The notes below the pieces were generated by a model. The model was not told the DNA's origin and searched no databases. It saw only the letters and a list, made by a program, of their open reading frames with translations. A stretch of DNA of 64,000 nucleotides, taken from the NCBI GenBank assembly GCA_030264375.1, contig JASCQW010000043.1:91987866-92051865 (forward strand), given 5' to 3'. A program made the position numbers and the translations under genes. Positions 22,194 to 34,082 of this stretch are shown here, piece after piece (positions within the stretch are counted from its first letter, which is position 1; every line of letters begins with the position of its first letter). This stretch comes from Carcharhinus longimanus (taxonomy: Eukaryota).

Positions 22194-24798
22194 TACTGCA
22201 GATTTCGCCATATTGAAGAAACATTCATTCATAAAAACTCATTTACAACATTTAAATTCTTTCAATTACATAAAACTTTAAAATAACAAATATTCCTTTC
22301 AAGTCCACAATCCTGATATATAAAAAGATAAGTCCACTTCAAAGAGTCTATAACCACTTGTGAACCAACCTGTGAAATGGCAGACACCCTACTGTGATAA
22401 TGGACAGTTGTAACATCTGTCATTCAGGAGGAATCTAGCAATCAGGCCAATGTCAACAGACTGAGCAAGCAATGACTTTTCTTAAAAAAAAACACTCACA
22501 ATAGTTTTTTAAAGAATTAAAAGACAGGACTTTTAAATGACTTAATAGCTTGTCAGCTTCCTTTGGCAGGTGCTTTTGACAGTTCCTCTTGACAATTTTG
22601 ACAGTTGATTTTGATAGGTTTGTTGACAGTTCCACAGAACCGGATAATTAATGAGTTAATGCACATTTTATACACATCCATTCTATTTGTAACAATTCCA
22701 AAGGCACGTGGCCTCCCTCAAAGGGCACCTGATCATCCAAACCCCTCCCAGAAACAGATCCAAAGGGATACCTTACCTCTCCAGACATATACCCTGGCTA
22801 TCGTAAGAAACATATAAATTCAGACCTGATCTTACCAGGTCTACTCTGCACACTTCAGGTTTCACAGTCCTGGGCTACCAAAATCCAACTTCAGTAGAGG
22901 CAGCTGATGATTTAAATGGCCTTTGTGAATGGTGCATCTGTGAATCTTGAACTGCTCCAATTCACTGTCCCATGAAAATAGGAAGTGCCATGTTCAGTAT
23001 GAGTTCCACAGTTTTTGGGCACTTCTGCCATTTGTGCCATAACAGAGAGGTTCTCCATCATGGTGAAAATCCATGCATCATCTCTTAGCATGAAAATTCC
23101 CAGAATACACTCACTGGGAACAGCAGATCATTGAATCACGTTAATTGTCTTCAGCGTTACTGAATTCAGGTGGATCGAGAAAATCAAACTTCATTGCTCT
23201 TTCTGTTTGCCATCAAATGTGTTCTGCAGGAAACTTCAGGTGAGGATAGACTTAGCTGTTGTGTTCCTCTTTAAATAACTGAAATAGTCTGGATTTCCAG
23301 ATGAAGGTGGCACCGCGGATCCACTGTCAGCCATTGACCTAAATCTTATTGTCAGTCATCACCTTTAAAGAAGGTAGAAAGAGAAATGCTTGGACTAATA
23401 GACCTGATTATGTTAGCAGTCTGCTAAAGTATGATTGGTTAACATTGTGCCAACATCCTAGCCAAGTGCCCAATCTTTATTTCAATACTCATGTGAATAA
23501 AGAGCAAAGGAGACATATCAGAATCTATATTTATGGTTGCATCGATTGCAAATCATAATCCTGTCCAATGGGGTGGCACCCTCACATTTAGCTGAACCTA
23601 CAGCTTGCCTAGCCTCCTCTTCGGGGCTTTGAGTTAGGCTAATGACCTGTCTGCATAAAAGGGCCTTCGTTGCAGAAAAATAACTAGAGTTCAATCTGCT
23701 GGCTGCGAAAACAGTGGGAGTAGGGTGTCACCTCAATTGCTGCAAGCAGGGATGAGACAGAAGAAGAGCAACCTGAAAATTCCACTGTGATAGAAGATGG
23801 CATCAATAAAGTCTTCAGCGAGGCTCTACATCAATGTGCAGAAGCACAGTGGCTCTGCTGCTGCTTCTACATTTTCAGTGTTCATGTTGAGTTCCTCCCC
23901 ACATTATCTCATTAGTGTTGGATAAAACAACATTAACATACATTCAACTGGACTGCTTTTGATGGCAAGATTACTCTTTCTGACAAGCCCTCTGCACTTT
24001 ATCTGCACTCGATGGCACTACAAGTACTAAATGAAATCAGTAGTGAGAACAGTGCTGACCCAAGGATTGAGAGGGCAAAACTAATACCTCTCTACATTAA
24101 ATGTTGATAAGGTAGACACAATTATCGATTGCATGACTCGTAGCCTGGAATTACCTGCTGAAGACGGGGAGATGTTAACATTAACTACGAACATTACAGT
24201 GGCCATGTTATGACCTAGACAGGAGGTGGGTAATAATGAGTATTCCAGCAGATTACTGTCATTGCATAGAAGTAGTGCACAAATGAAAGGAAGGCATTTT
24301 ATATTAATCAATCATACCCAGTGCAGTGAATAAGAGCTAAGGAAAGGCGTCCTTAAAACAATAAGGCTGTGCAGTTAATAATAAATATAATGATGAGGAC
24401 ACATTGCAAACTATACAATGATAAATCAGCCCAATGTATTTAACCAATTCTATTCCACCTTCTTCATTCAAGTTTTTGTCCTTTAATTGGCTTGCCACGT
24501 TTAATTTTATCAGTCTCACACCAATGCTATGTGCTATCTTGGAATTCTGTGAACCTATTTATTCTTGGAACTTTTCCCATTTCAGGACATAACAAAGTAA
24601 ATGGTCCAGAGCCATTATTCAATCAGGTCAAATAATGCTGACCTTGTCTCTCCGCAGTCCCACACCTTTTCCTTTAATTTTCTGCCCAACCCCATTTTTC
24701 TAATGAATGAGGATTCAATGCCAGAGCAGCTTTGCAGGACTTTCCGAGTCACCATTCTACATGTGTGGGCCTCAACAGTGAGTATTGATATGAGTATT

Positions 24799-25041
24799 CA
24801 ACATAGACTGGGCGATCATCTAGCACAACCCCTGTCGGTCAATCTGCGAGCATGACCCCAGGCTTCCTGTCGCCTGTCATTTTAATTCCCTAGCTTGCTC
24901 CTACTCTGACCTCTCTGTCCTCAGCCTCCTACAGTATTCCAACTAATCTCAATGCAAGCTCAAGGAAGACATCTCTTCTTTCAATGAGGCACTTTACTGT
25001 CTTCTGGACTCAATATCGAGTTCAACTATTTTAAATCATAA
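24799..25041 (+). mobile_element. Penelope-like element, GIY-YIG endonuclease C-terminal fragment
   Basis: QHRLGDHLAQ..LPVACHFNS..SDLSVLSLLQYSN..QCKLKE..GTLLSSGLNIEFNYF, typical of vertebrate Penelope GIY-YIG ends. Confidence 0.85.
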
Positions 25042-26100
25042 CTTCGGACCCATTTTTGTTTCTTTTCTCTTTATTGGTTTGTTTTTTCTCTCGTTTGTCC
25101 TTTCGTTTTTGTTCTGAATCTCTTCTCAGCTTATCATTTTGTTACTTTACTTATCCCATTAGCAGTCCCTTTGGTCTTACACCATGAAGCTTTTAATCTC
25201 TTCACTCCTCACAGATGTTCCCCTTTTTCCCACATTCCCTTTCATTTTCTCAAAACTGTATTCTCGTACTGTATTCCAACCTCTTCCCAATCCTGACTGC
25301 TGTTAGCACATTCTACCACCCAACACCGCCCCCACAAATTCTGTCCACAGAATGGAAGCCATTCAATTTTCTTTGTCCTTGAATCTTTCAAGCTTGGGTA
25401 GAAATAGATTAGCTTTTTAAATTAAGTATTTGCAACATCAAAGAAAGATATCAACTACTTAGCACACCAGTATAAAGCATACCTTGATACCCTCTACCTT
25501 TCCATTAGTCTGTCACTAAATTATATTCCCACAGCATTAGACTAGCATTTACATAACCAAACCAGACCAACCTCATGGCAATTCAGGTTGCATCCAGCAA
25601 TCTTGTACAAGTTCGGACTAAACTGATATTGTATTTTACCCCCATCCCATTCCCCCCTCTCCCCCCACCCCGCTACCCTACAAAAATATCCTCCCACCCC
25701 TACATTGTCCATCTGGAACTGGATGATAATAGTTCAAGCTCATTCCTACAACATGCTCACAGCTAAGAGCAGTATCTTGCTTTATACTGGATTCAATTCA
25801 GCTCATGCTGCTGAAGGGAAATGTGTGAACTCATTGCTCCATTCAGTTCTTTCTACTTTAACTTTCAGAACCATTTTCGTATGCATGTGATTGGAGTCAT
25901 GAAGTTCCACAAGCATGTGCTTGAGCAGTTCCACACAAATGCCTGGAGAGTGTAAATAATGTTGATGCACAATTGATGTGAGCAATTCTGGCATGAGAGA
26001 GTTTTTCTGAGTAAATTTCAGTTTGTCCAATTAATTGTGGGGCGTAGGATAAATACTCCAATCCCTAATTTTGCAGGGAGCTGTACACTTGGGGTACTTA

Positions 26101-26228
26101 TTGCTGGAATTGTATTGCCTTGCCCACCCGAGGCTCGTAAGATCCCACCCAAGGCCAATGGAGAATGCGATTCTGCTAGTCTCATCTGTCCCGATTCTGG
26201 GGCAGGTGGAGCAGTAAAATTCTGGCAA
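26101..26228. mobile_element. MITE (same family as 8340-8462)
   Basis: TIRs TTGCTGGAATTGTATTGC / GCAGTAAAATTCTGGCAA, with TA on both sides. Confidence 0.8.
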
Positions 26229-26893
26229 TATGAGTTGGAGTTTAGGCAATCTAAGTGCTTCAGACACTGTGCCTGATTAAGTTAGAGGCAGGAGTAGCGT
26301 TCCCTAAACACCCTGGGTAGTTCCAGCTATCCGTTGAGATCCCTCCTTCTCTTCCTCCTGTGCACAGCTGCCCCTCTCCGTTGCCTGTGTTCCATATCCT
26401 TGTCCATGTCACAAACCCAAGAGAGACTAAAATATAGCCCTCATTAGTGAAAGCAGACTTTCTGCTGACAAGCCTTCAGACTTCCCCAAACTTCTTGTCA
26501 AAATGCAGAAACTGTTCATTTCTGAATCCTAGAACTTTTCCTAACTCCTCCATCAATACTGAACATAGTGTCTTCACTCGTTCTGCAGCAGCAAAAGAAA
26601 GTCACAACACCTTGGAAGTGAATGGTGGAGCGCTGGGGGAGGGGAAGGGGGGGTTGCAGAAATCCCTCATGCTGCTATGTGCATGTTCTGCTGGGACAAC
26701 AGGACTACAAGATCCAAAATAGAAGGTGATCAGCCGAATCAGCTTTAATTGCTGCTTCACATCACACTCTCACCACTCTGTATGCCTCCCATGTGTATGG
26801 ATGACACAACCTCACTAGTGTGCAGACGTAGCCAGAAAGAGTTCAGCCATTGTTTTACAAGCTCCAGGCTTCCTTAACATTGGCACCAAAAGG

Positions 26894-27285
26894 AAAAAAA
26901 AGATGCATTTATATTGAACTTTTTAGGGCCACCTGAAATGCCAAAACACTTTACGACCAATGAAGTACTTTTGAAGTGTAGGCACTGCTGTAATGTATGA
27001 AATGCTGCCAGTGCACAGTAACTCCCCCCAAACAGTAGTAATCTGTTTTGTGATGCTGATTGAGGGATAAATGTTGGCCAGAAATAACTCTTCTTTAAAA
27101 TAACACCAAGGAATCCACCTAAGCAGGTCAGACAGAACCACAGTTTAACATCTCATCCAAGAAACAGCACCTATGATAGTACAGCAGTGGAGTGCCAGCC
27201 TTTGCTTCTATGTACAAGGCTGTAGAATGGGACTTGAACCCAGCACCTTGTGATTTGGAAATAAAGGTGTTACCAACTGAGCCAC
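26894..27285 (-). mobile_element. DeuSINE-like (SacSINE1-type) SINE
   Basis: tRNA head GTGGCTCAGTTGGTAAC..GGGTTCAAGTCCC, Deu-domain-like GGATGAGATGTTAAACTG..TGGCCAACATTTATCCCTCAA, tail ATAAATGCA. Confidence 0.8.
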
Positions 27286-27569
27286 ATATTGCAGCACTAC
27301 TGAGCTGAATTTTGCAGCCACAATGGTTATCAATAAACTCACAATCACAGGTTAACTGCAATTTTTGAAATTGATTTAATTGTCCATTAAGTTAAACTTT
27401 TGGTTCAGTTTTTTTGATTTTTTAATTTCTATTTGCAGTGGATCTAAGTCCAAACTTCTGAATTCCTCCTTCAAGCAAGAACAGATTATCTAGTTAGTCA
27501 TCTCAGTTGCAGTTTTTGAAACCTTACAAAACTACAGTACTTTTTCCTTACAAATGTATGTGGGAAATG

Positions 27570-27830
27570 CGGACATGGTAATGTTTATTGCATGTCCTTA
27601 GTTGCCCTTAGGGCATTGAGAGTAAACCCAGATAGCATAGGATTGGAGTCGAATGTGACTAGATTGGGGAGGCATGACAGCTGCCTTCCTGAAGGTGAAG
27701 AACATTTGTGAATCAGTTGATTTTTTTATGATAATTCAGGAGCTTTCACAGTCATTTTCTGGTGACAGTCCACAGATTATCAGATTTATTAGATTCAGTT
27801 TCACAACTTGCCATGGTGGGATTCCATGCA
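27570..27830 (-). mobile_element. Older copy of the SINE at 13353-13670
   Basis: CCTTAGTTGCCCTT..GGCATTGAGAGTAAACC..GGAGTC..TGCCATGGTGGGATT, collinear with 13353-13600. Confidence 0.65.
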
Positions 27831-28114
27831 TTTGAAAAAGTAATGCATTGTCTATAAGATGTGCAATGGTCGGGGACATTGCCAACTCTTTTATTCCACT
27901 CCACCCTCTGTATGTAACTAGATAGAAGTACTGTGAAGATTATTTTTTTCCCCAAATGGCATGGGAATTATTTCAGAATTAGCATGGAACAAAACCAATC
28001 TGGACATTTTGCGCTTTCAAATAGACATCATAAATAGTTATATATAAATAAACAACTACGTGCATTTATATAGCACCTTTAACATAGTGAAATATCTCAA
28101 AGCACTCCACCTTA

Positions 28115-28435
28115 CTGGCACCTCCACATCATTGCACTCTCTCGGTAGTGCACTGAAGTGGCTGCCTAGATTACACTGTTGGAGGTACTGCCTTTCAGAT
28201 CAGACGCTAAACCAGGACATCACTTATATTCTCAGCTAGATACAAAAGACCCACGCCGCTACTCAAAGAAGAGCAGGGAATTCTCCCTGGGGTCTTGATC
28301 AATATTTACCATCAACAAAATAGATTATTTGGTCATTTAGTTCATTGCTGTTTATATGACCTTGCATAAATTGTACGCCGCATTAGGTTACATTATAGCA
28401 ATGACCGCACTTCAAAATATTACATTGGCTGCTTA
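28115..28435 (+). mobile_element. DeuSINE-like SINE body
   Basis: CCTTTCAGATCAGACGCTAAACC..AAGAAGAGCAGGGAATTCTCCCTGGGGTCTTG.. Confidence 0.75.
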
Positions 28436-28439
28436 ACAT

Positions 28440-28715
28440 TTCTTCTGATTTCACTCTCAAAATGGTTTTGCTCTAATTTTAAGATTAATCCTCCTTTTTC
28501 TGGATCCCCCCAACAAGAGGTAGTAACTTCTCCATAGTTATCCTATCAACTGCCTTCATCATCTTAAATGCCTCAAACAGCTCATCATTAAATGTTCTAA
28601 ACTCACAAGTCTCACTTATGCAGCTTGTCCCCATTATTTAACCCTTAAAGCTCTGGAGTCACACAGATGAATCTGTACTGTTCGCCCTTCAAGACCAATA
28701 TAGATCTCCTGAGAT
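28440..28715 (-). mobile_element. CR1 3' fragment
   Basis: Similar to 48080-48340. Confidence 0.65.
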
Positions 28716-28976
28716 AATTACAGGAAGGTAATTGCATTGTGCACTGACAGTTTGGAGCACACTTTCACAGCACTAGGTTGCAAGTTTGGAATTGGACCAG
28801 GAGGTAAAAGCACCTGATTTAAAAATTGAATTGGAAATCATGCGGGATCCTACCTGTCTCCATACTCAAAATTTCAAGATAGGGTCCCATTGCACAAAAC
28901 TCTCTGCAGAATGTGGCTACTTATAAAATTTATCCCATAGTCTGTATTTGCAGCAATTACACAAACAAAAGTAAAT

Positions 28977-29290
28977 TATAGAATCCCTACAGTACAGAAG
29001 GAAGCCATTAGGCCCATCAAGTCTGTACCAAACACAATCCCACCCAGGCCCTACTCTCGTAACCCCATGCAATTACCCTGCAAGTCCCCCTGACACCCCT
29101 GACAGGGTCAATTTAGATGGCCAATCAACCTAACTTGCACATCTCTGGACAGTGGGAGGAAACTAGAGCACTGGAGAAAACCCACACAGACATAGGGAGA
29201 ATGTTCAAACTCCACACAGACAGTAACCCAAGGCCAGAATTGAACCCGGGCTCTGGCGCTGTGAGGCAGCAGTGCTAACCACTGTGCCAC
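28977..29290 (-). mobile_element. Full-length V-SINE (HE1-like)
   Basis: Collinear with 21826-22126. Confidence 0.92.
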
Positions 29291-29309
29291 TGCAAAGAGT
29301 CACCTCCAT

Positions 29310-29543
29310 CTATATACTGCCTTTTATGACTTCAGGACAGCCCAATCAAATGCTTTTAAAATATAGTGACTAATGTAAAGTAGGAAAACCGACAGATAAA
29401 ATTACATACGGCAAGATCTTCCAAATAGCAATGTTAAAAATGGCCAGATAAATTGTTTTCAGTGATGTTGTTTGAGGGATAAACATTTACCAAGACATCA
29501 AAATAACTTCTCTAGTTCACCTTCAAAATATGTAAAGCCATGC
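29310..29543 (-). mobile_element. DeuSINE-like 3' part, ends at a gap
   Basis: Similar to 26900-27110. Confidence 0.7.
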
Positions 29544-29832
29544 NNNNNNNNNNNNNNNNNNNNNNNNNNNNNNNNNNNNNNNNNNNNNNNNNNNNNNNNN
29601 NNNNNNNNNNNNNNNNNNNNNNNNNNNNNNNNNNNNNNNNNNNNNNNNNNNNNNNNNNNNNNNNNNNNNNNNNNNNNNNNNNNNNNNNNNNNNNNNNNNN
29701 NNNNNNNNNNNNNNNNNNNNNNNNNNNNNNNNNNNNNNNNNNNNNNNNNNNNNNNNNNNNNNNNNNNNNNNNNNNNNNNNNNNNNNNNNNNNNNNNNNNN
29801 NNNNNNNNNNNNNNNNNNNNNNNNNNNNNNNN

Positions 29833-29940
29833 CAACCGGCAGAGAATTCCAGAGATTCACCACCCTATGAGTGAAGAAGTTCCTCCTCAACTCCGATCTA
29901 AACTGCGCCGCCCCCCCCACCTTATTTTAAGGCTGTGCCG
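29833..29940 (-). mobile_element. CR1 ORF2 C-terminal fragment
   Basis: FRSELRRNFFTHRVVNLWNSLP. Confidence 0.85.
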
Positions 29941-31309
29941 ATGTGGAAGCTATGCGGGTTTTTCATTTCATTCAATAGGTGATAATGTGGAAACTTCTCT
30001 GAATTTTTTGCCTCTATAATGGTGATGTCATTGAAAGTCAAGGTACAATACTGATTGGAGACTTTAACAATACACATTACCTACAAATTCTCTAATATTT
30101 TTATCAATATTAATCCTGGTTTTGACTGCTATCCCTTGGGTTTGCAATATAAATATAGTATATACTGGCATAGAATAAAAAGTCAGGAGAGGGCATGCAT
30201 TTTAAAGTCAGATTTCTGCAACAAAACAAGACATTCTCCTGCTCCATCTGTTTGCCCAAATTGTTTTACACAACACAAAGCAAGCCATTCCATAAAGAAA
30301 TAGCTGCAGTTTCTGACCTGGCTCACTAACTGAGTCTACTGTTCTAATAGAAAATGCTGTGCTCAATTTGTATCATTAATATTTGTATTTCCCTATTAGT
30401 TTTCATGTCCAAACTCTCTATTGCATTACAAGATTACAAAATATGTCACCACAGAATAAGTGACGTGAAAGGAGAGAAGCCCTGGTTTAATAGATGCTAT
30501 ACTTAGCTCTCCATAGGTTAACTTACAAGACAACAAGATTGGAAAATGTAGCTAGTGTGCTTTGGGATCTCTTTAAAGTTGTCTTATTGAGAAATGCACA
30601 TTTTGCTCAAAAATTGTATTAATTTATATTAAAAATATATTGACCAATATTCTCAATAAATGGCAGCAGGGAGATATTTCTCATGCTATTTATCAATGTT
30701 CTTTTAAAAATCAAGTATAATAAATACATTGCTTCATTTTACTGTTTTTCACTCTTTCCTATTTGTTCATATCCTTGCTATCTTAGTATTCTGCTTTCTC
30801 AAAGGATACTTTAAACACAAACCTGTGCACAAAGAAAATTCCAGTTGGCAAATTCTGAAACTGAATGTTGTTCATGTGCAGAGAAAAAAATTCCATGCTT
30901 TAAAAAAAAACTCGTGAATTGTTTTCATATTAGAGGAAGAAAATGATTACTTCTGTCTGTGCATGATAAATGACCTTATTTACAAAAGACATCAGTCATA
31001 CAGGCACACACACACACAGGCAGGCTATGGTCATTAATTCCACTCAAAACTGTAATTAAATGCATATCACAAGTCTTCCCACTTGTTAGGCAGAATTAGA
31101 TTTAGCAAGCACAAGTACTCAGCTGAGGTTCTCATATGGAGTGGTGTTTTCGACAAGCTAGGGGCCAAGGCCAAGCATCACCTTCAATGTTCACTACAAC
31201 ATTAATAGATAAAGACTAAAAGCACTCAAGACTTGTAACTTCATTTACTTTATTCAGCTCTAAAACACAAGGGTACATGAACAGAGCACTGGACAGTGAA
31301 GATATAATT

Positions 31310-33375
31310 GTAGGATCAGTCCCTACCTGATAATTTATTTGTAATTGTAAGGTTTTATTAGTAGCAGTAAGATTTGCTATCAGTGGTAAAGATTATTAGT
31401 AGTAAAATGTATTAATTATAAAGTGAAAAAACACACAATATGAATGGGAGATGGTGGATGTCAATGTGATCCAAGCCAACCATATCTGCAGTAAGCACCT
31501 ATGGCTTGAGGAGTTTCAGATCAGACTCAAAAAGCTAGAAGTCCAGTTACAGACACTGCAATGCATCAAGGAGTAGATAGTTACTCAGACATTTGTTCCA
31601 AAAGGCTGTCATGTCCCTTAGGATAGGATCTTCTGATTCGGTCAGTGATCAGGGACTGCAGGGTGTGACTGCGAGTGAAGCAGGGAAGGGGATTGAGAAG
31701 GTAGAATTGAATGAGTCTCAGCCCTTGCCAATGTCCAACGGGCTTAAGGTTCTTGTAGCTTGTGTGAATGAGATGGGGTGGTGGGGGGGGCAACATGCAA
31801 GTATAATAACAATGGCACATTGGTACAGGACACCATTCAATTGGTGGAGTAAAGAGAAATGCTGCAGTAGTAGAGGACAATATAGTCATGGGGTAGGCAT
31901 AGTGCAGTGCATTGTAGTTGAGTGAGAGAGTCCTGATGCCTACCCAGTGCCAATATTTCAGCCATCTGTTTGGAGTTGGAAAGGAGTTTCCAGTGGGAGG
32001 AGAAGGATTCAGTTGGCATGATCCATGTGGCTACCATCGACATTGTGGATAGGACTAAGAAAGGAGTGGCGCTTAAGGATTCTGAGCAGCTAAGGTCTAA
32101 ATTACAAACCAGAACTTCAAAAGTAATAGTCTCAGAATTATTACCTGAGACACAAGCAAATTGGTACAGGGTAAATATGTTTAGAGAGATGAATATGTGG
32201 CTTGAAGACTGGTGTGGGATAAATGGGTTTTGATTCATGGGGCATTGGCAGCAACACAGAGGAAAATGGGAGCGGTACCACTGGGACAGTCTTCACCTGA
32301 GCTGTGCTAGAACCAATGTTCCAATAAGGATAAGTGGGAACCCATAGATCTGGTGTCTTTGGATTTCCAAAAGGTATTTGATAAAGGTGCCACATCAAAT
32401 ATTACTATGTAAAATAAGAATTCCTGGTATTGGGGGGAACTATATTAGAACAGATAAAGAATTGGTTAGCTAACAGTAAACAGAGAGCAGGGATAAATGG
32501 ATCATTTTCAGATTGGCAAGCTGTAATGAGTGGAGTGCCACATGGATCAGGGAGCCTCAAGTATTTATAATCTATTTCAATGACTAGAATGAAGGGACCA
32601 AATGTATAGCAGCTAAATTTGCTAATGACACCAAGGAGATAGGAAAGTAAGTTGTCAAGAGAAAGTAAAGAGTCTGCAAAGGAATATAAATAGGTTAAGT
32701 GAAACCTATATGTTAAGTAAAAAGAAGGCAGATGGAGTATAACATTGAAAAATGTGAACTTGTCCACTTTGACAGGAAAAATAGAAAAATGGAGTGAAGA
32801 AACTCTGCAGAACTTGGTATAGAGAAGGGTTTGGATATCCTGCTACATGAATCACAAAAAAGTTAACAATTAGGTAGGAAATAGAAAGTTGTTGTTTATT
32901 GAAAGGGGAAAGAAGTAGAAGAGTTTTACTCCTTTGAAGACTTGCTCAATTCATTCCTAAAATAAATGGTTTATTTTATGAATTAAAATTTGTTCGGCAT
33001 ATACCCATTTGAGTTTAGGAGAATGAGAGGTGATCTTGTAGGAACTTGATAGGGTGGATACCAGAACGAAATTTGTTCTTGTAGTGAAGACTTGAACTAT
33101 CATTTAAAAATACGAGATCTCCCTTTTAAGATAGAGATTAGGAGGAAGCTTTTCTCTAAGAGGGTCGTTAGTTGATGGAATCTTTTTCCCAGACAGCAAT
33201 GGAGACCAGGCTACTGACGTTATTCAAGGCTGAATTAAGTTCACTTCTGATAGACAAGAGACTACAGGGTTATGGGGGACAGTCGGGAAAGTGAAGCTAG
33301 GGACAACAGCCAGATCAGCTATGATCTTATTGAATGGTGGAGCAAGCTCAAAAGCCTAAATGGACTACTCCTGTA
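31310..33375 (+). mobile_element. Internally deleted CR1: 5' UTR + ORF1 (zinc finger/leucine zipper/SGNH esterase) joined to the C-terminal half of RT
   Basis: HICSKHLWLEEFQIRLKKLEVQLQTL (~31480) and IHVATIDI..KVIVSELLP..MNMWLEDWCGINGF (ORF 31970-32233). At ~32330 it jumps to DLVSLDFQKVFDK, then SGVPHGS, KFANDTK and the 3' tail at ~33350. Confidence 0.85.
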
Positions 33376-33863
33376 CATTCTGATCCCCAGGACAACTGAG
33401 ATAACCATTAGTAGAGAGGTTTGGGACTATCAATCTGGCCAACTGGCGAATTAGTGTTAGGTCAACCAACTCCCATTGGACATATTCCTGGAGGCTTTAT
33501 CACACGAGTTCCCACCTCCAATGTCCCTGTCTACTCTACTCAAATCAACCATTTTTCTCCATCTGCAATATATTATTACCAATAATGGAAATATTTGAAG
33601 AGATGAAAAAAAAACATTTTATTTTCATGCCCCTTTCATTTTTATCCTTCACATTAATCAGTTTCATATTTAACTCCAGTGTTGGCAACCTGAACCAGCA
33701 CTCACAGGGAGAGATAGCTCTTACTGGTACCTCTGATGTTGCTGATTGCTGAATTCCACAAATACAGCAGGCCAAAGGAAGAGTAACTCTTTAGGAAAGG
33801 AATGTCACCGATTCAATGTTTCACTACGGTAAAGAGATCATTATTAAGTGATGAATTAAACAG

Positions 33864-34082
33864 AAATAAAAACAAAGAACGCGGGAAATACACAGCAGAC
33901 TTGGCAGCATTTGTGGAGAGGGAAAAACACAGCTAACATTTCAGTTCGATGTGCTGACAAAAGACCATGGGTCTGATATGTTAACTATGTTTCTCTCCCT
34001 ACAGATGCTGTCAGAGCAGCTGAGCATTTCCAGCATTTTTTATTTATATTTCAGATTTCCAGGATCGGCAGTATTTTGCATT
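33864..34082. repeat. Hairpin formed by two inverted Penelope-type terminal repeats
   Basis: Arms AAAAACAAAGAACGCGGGAAATACACAGCAGACTTGGCAGCATTTGTGGAGAG / CTCTCCCTACAGATGCTGTCAGAGCAGCTGAGCATTTCCAGCATTTTTT. A single arm recurs at 35806-35940. Confidence 0.75.

Larger units (their letters stand above)
21075..23079. mobile_element. Large non-autonomous TIR DNA transposon hosting nested insertions
   Basis: Termini GATGTCTGGATTTT / AAAATCCATGCATC. Subterminal inverted matches (TTTAAAGCTGGCTGCCCTC vs GAGGCAGCTGATGATTTAAA) and internal CATGCCAAC repeats, also seen inverted at 38530-38635. Confidence 0.55.

Noticed and set aside
29472-30019. Several >100-aa ORFs
   Set aside because: They are artefacts of translating through N gaps.
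31084-31283. Possible solo LTR (TGTT...AACA)
   Set aside because: There is no matching TSD and no second copy in the window.
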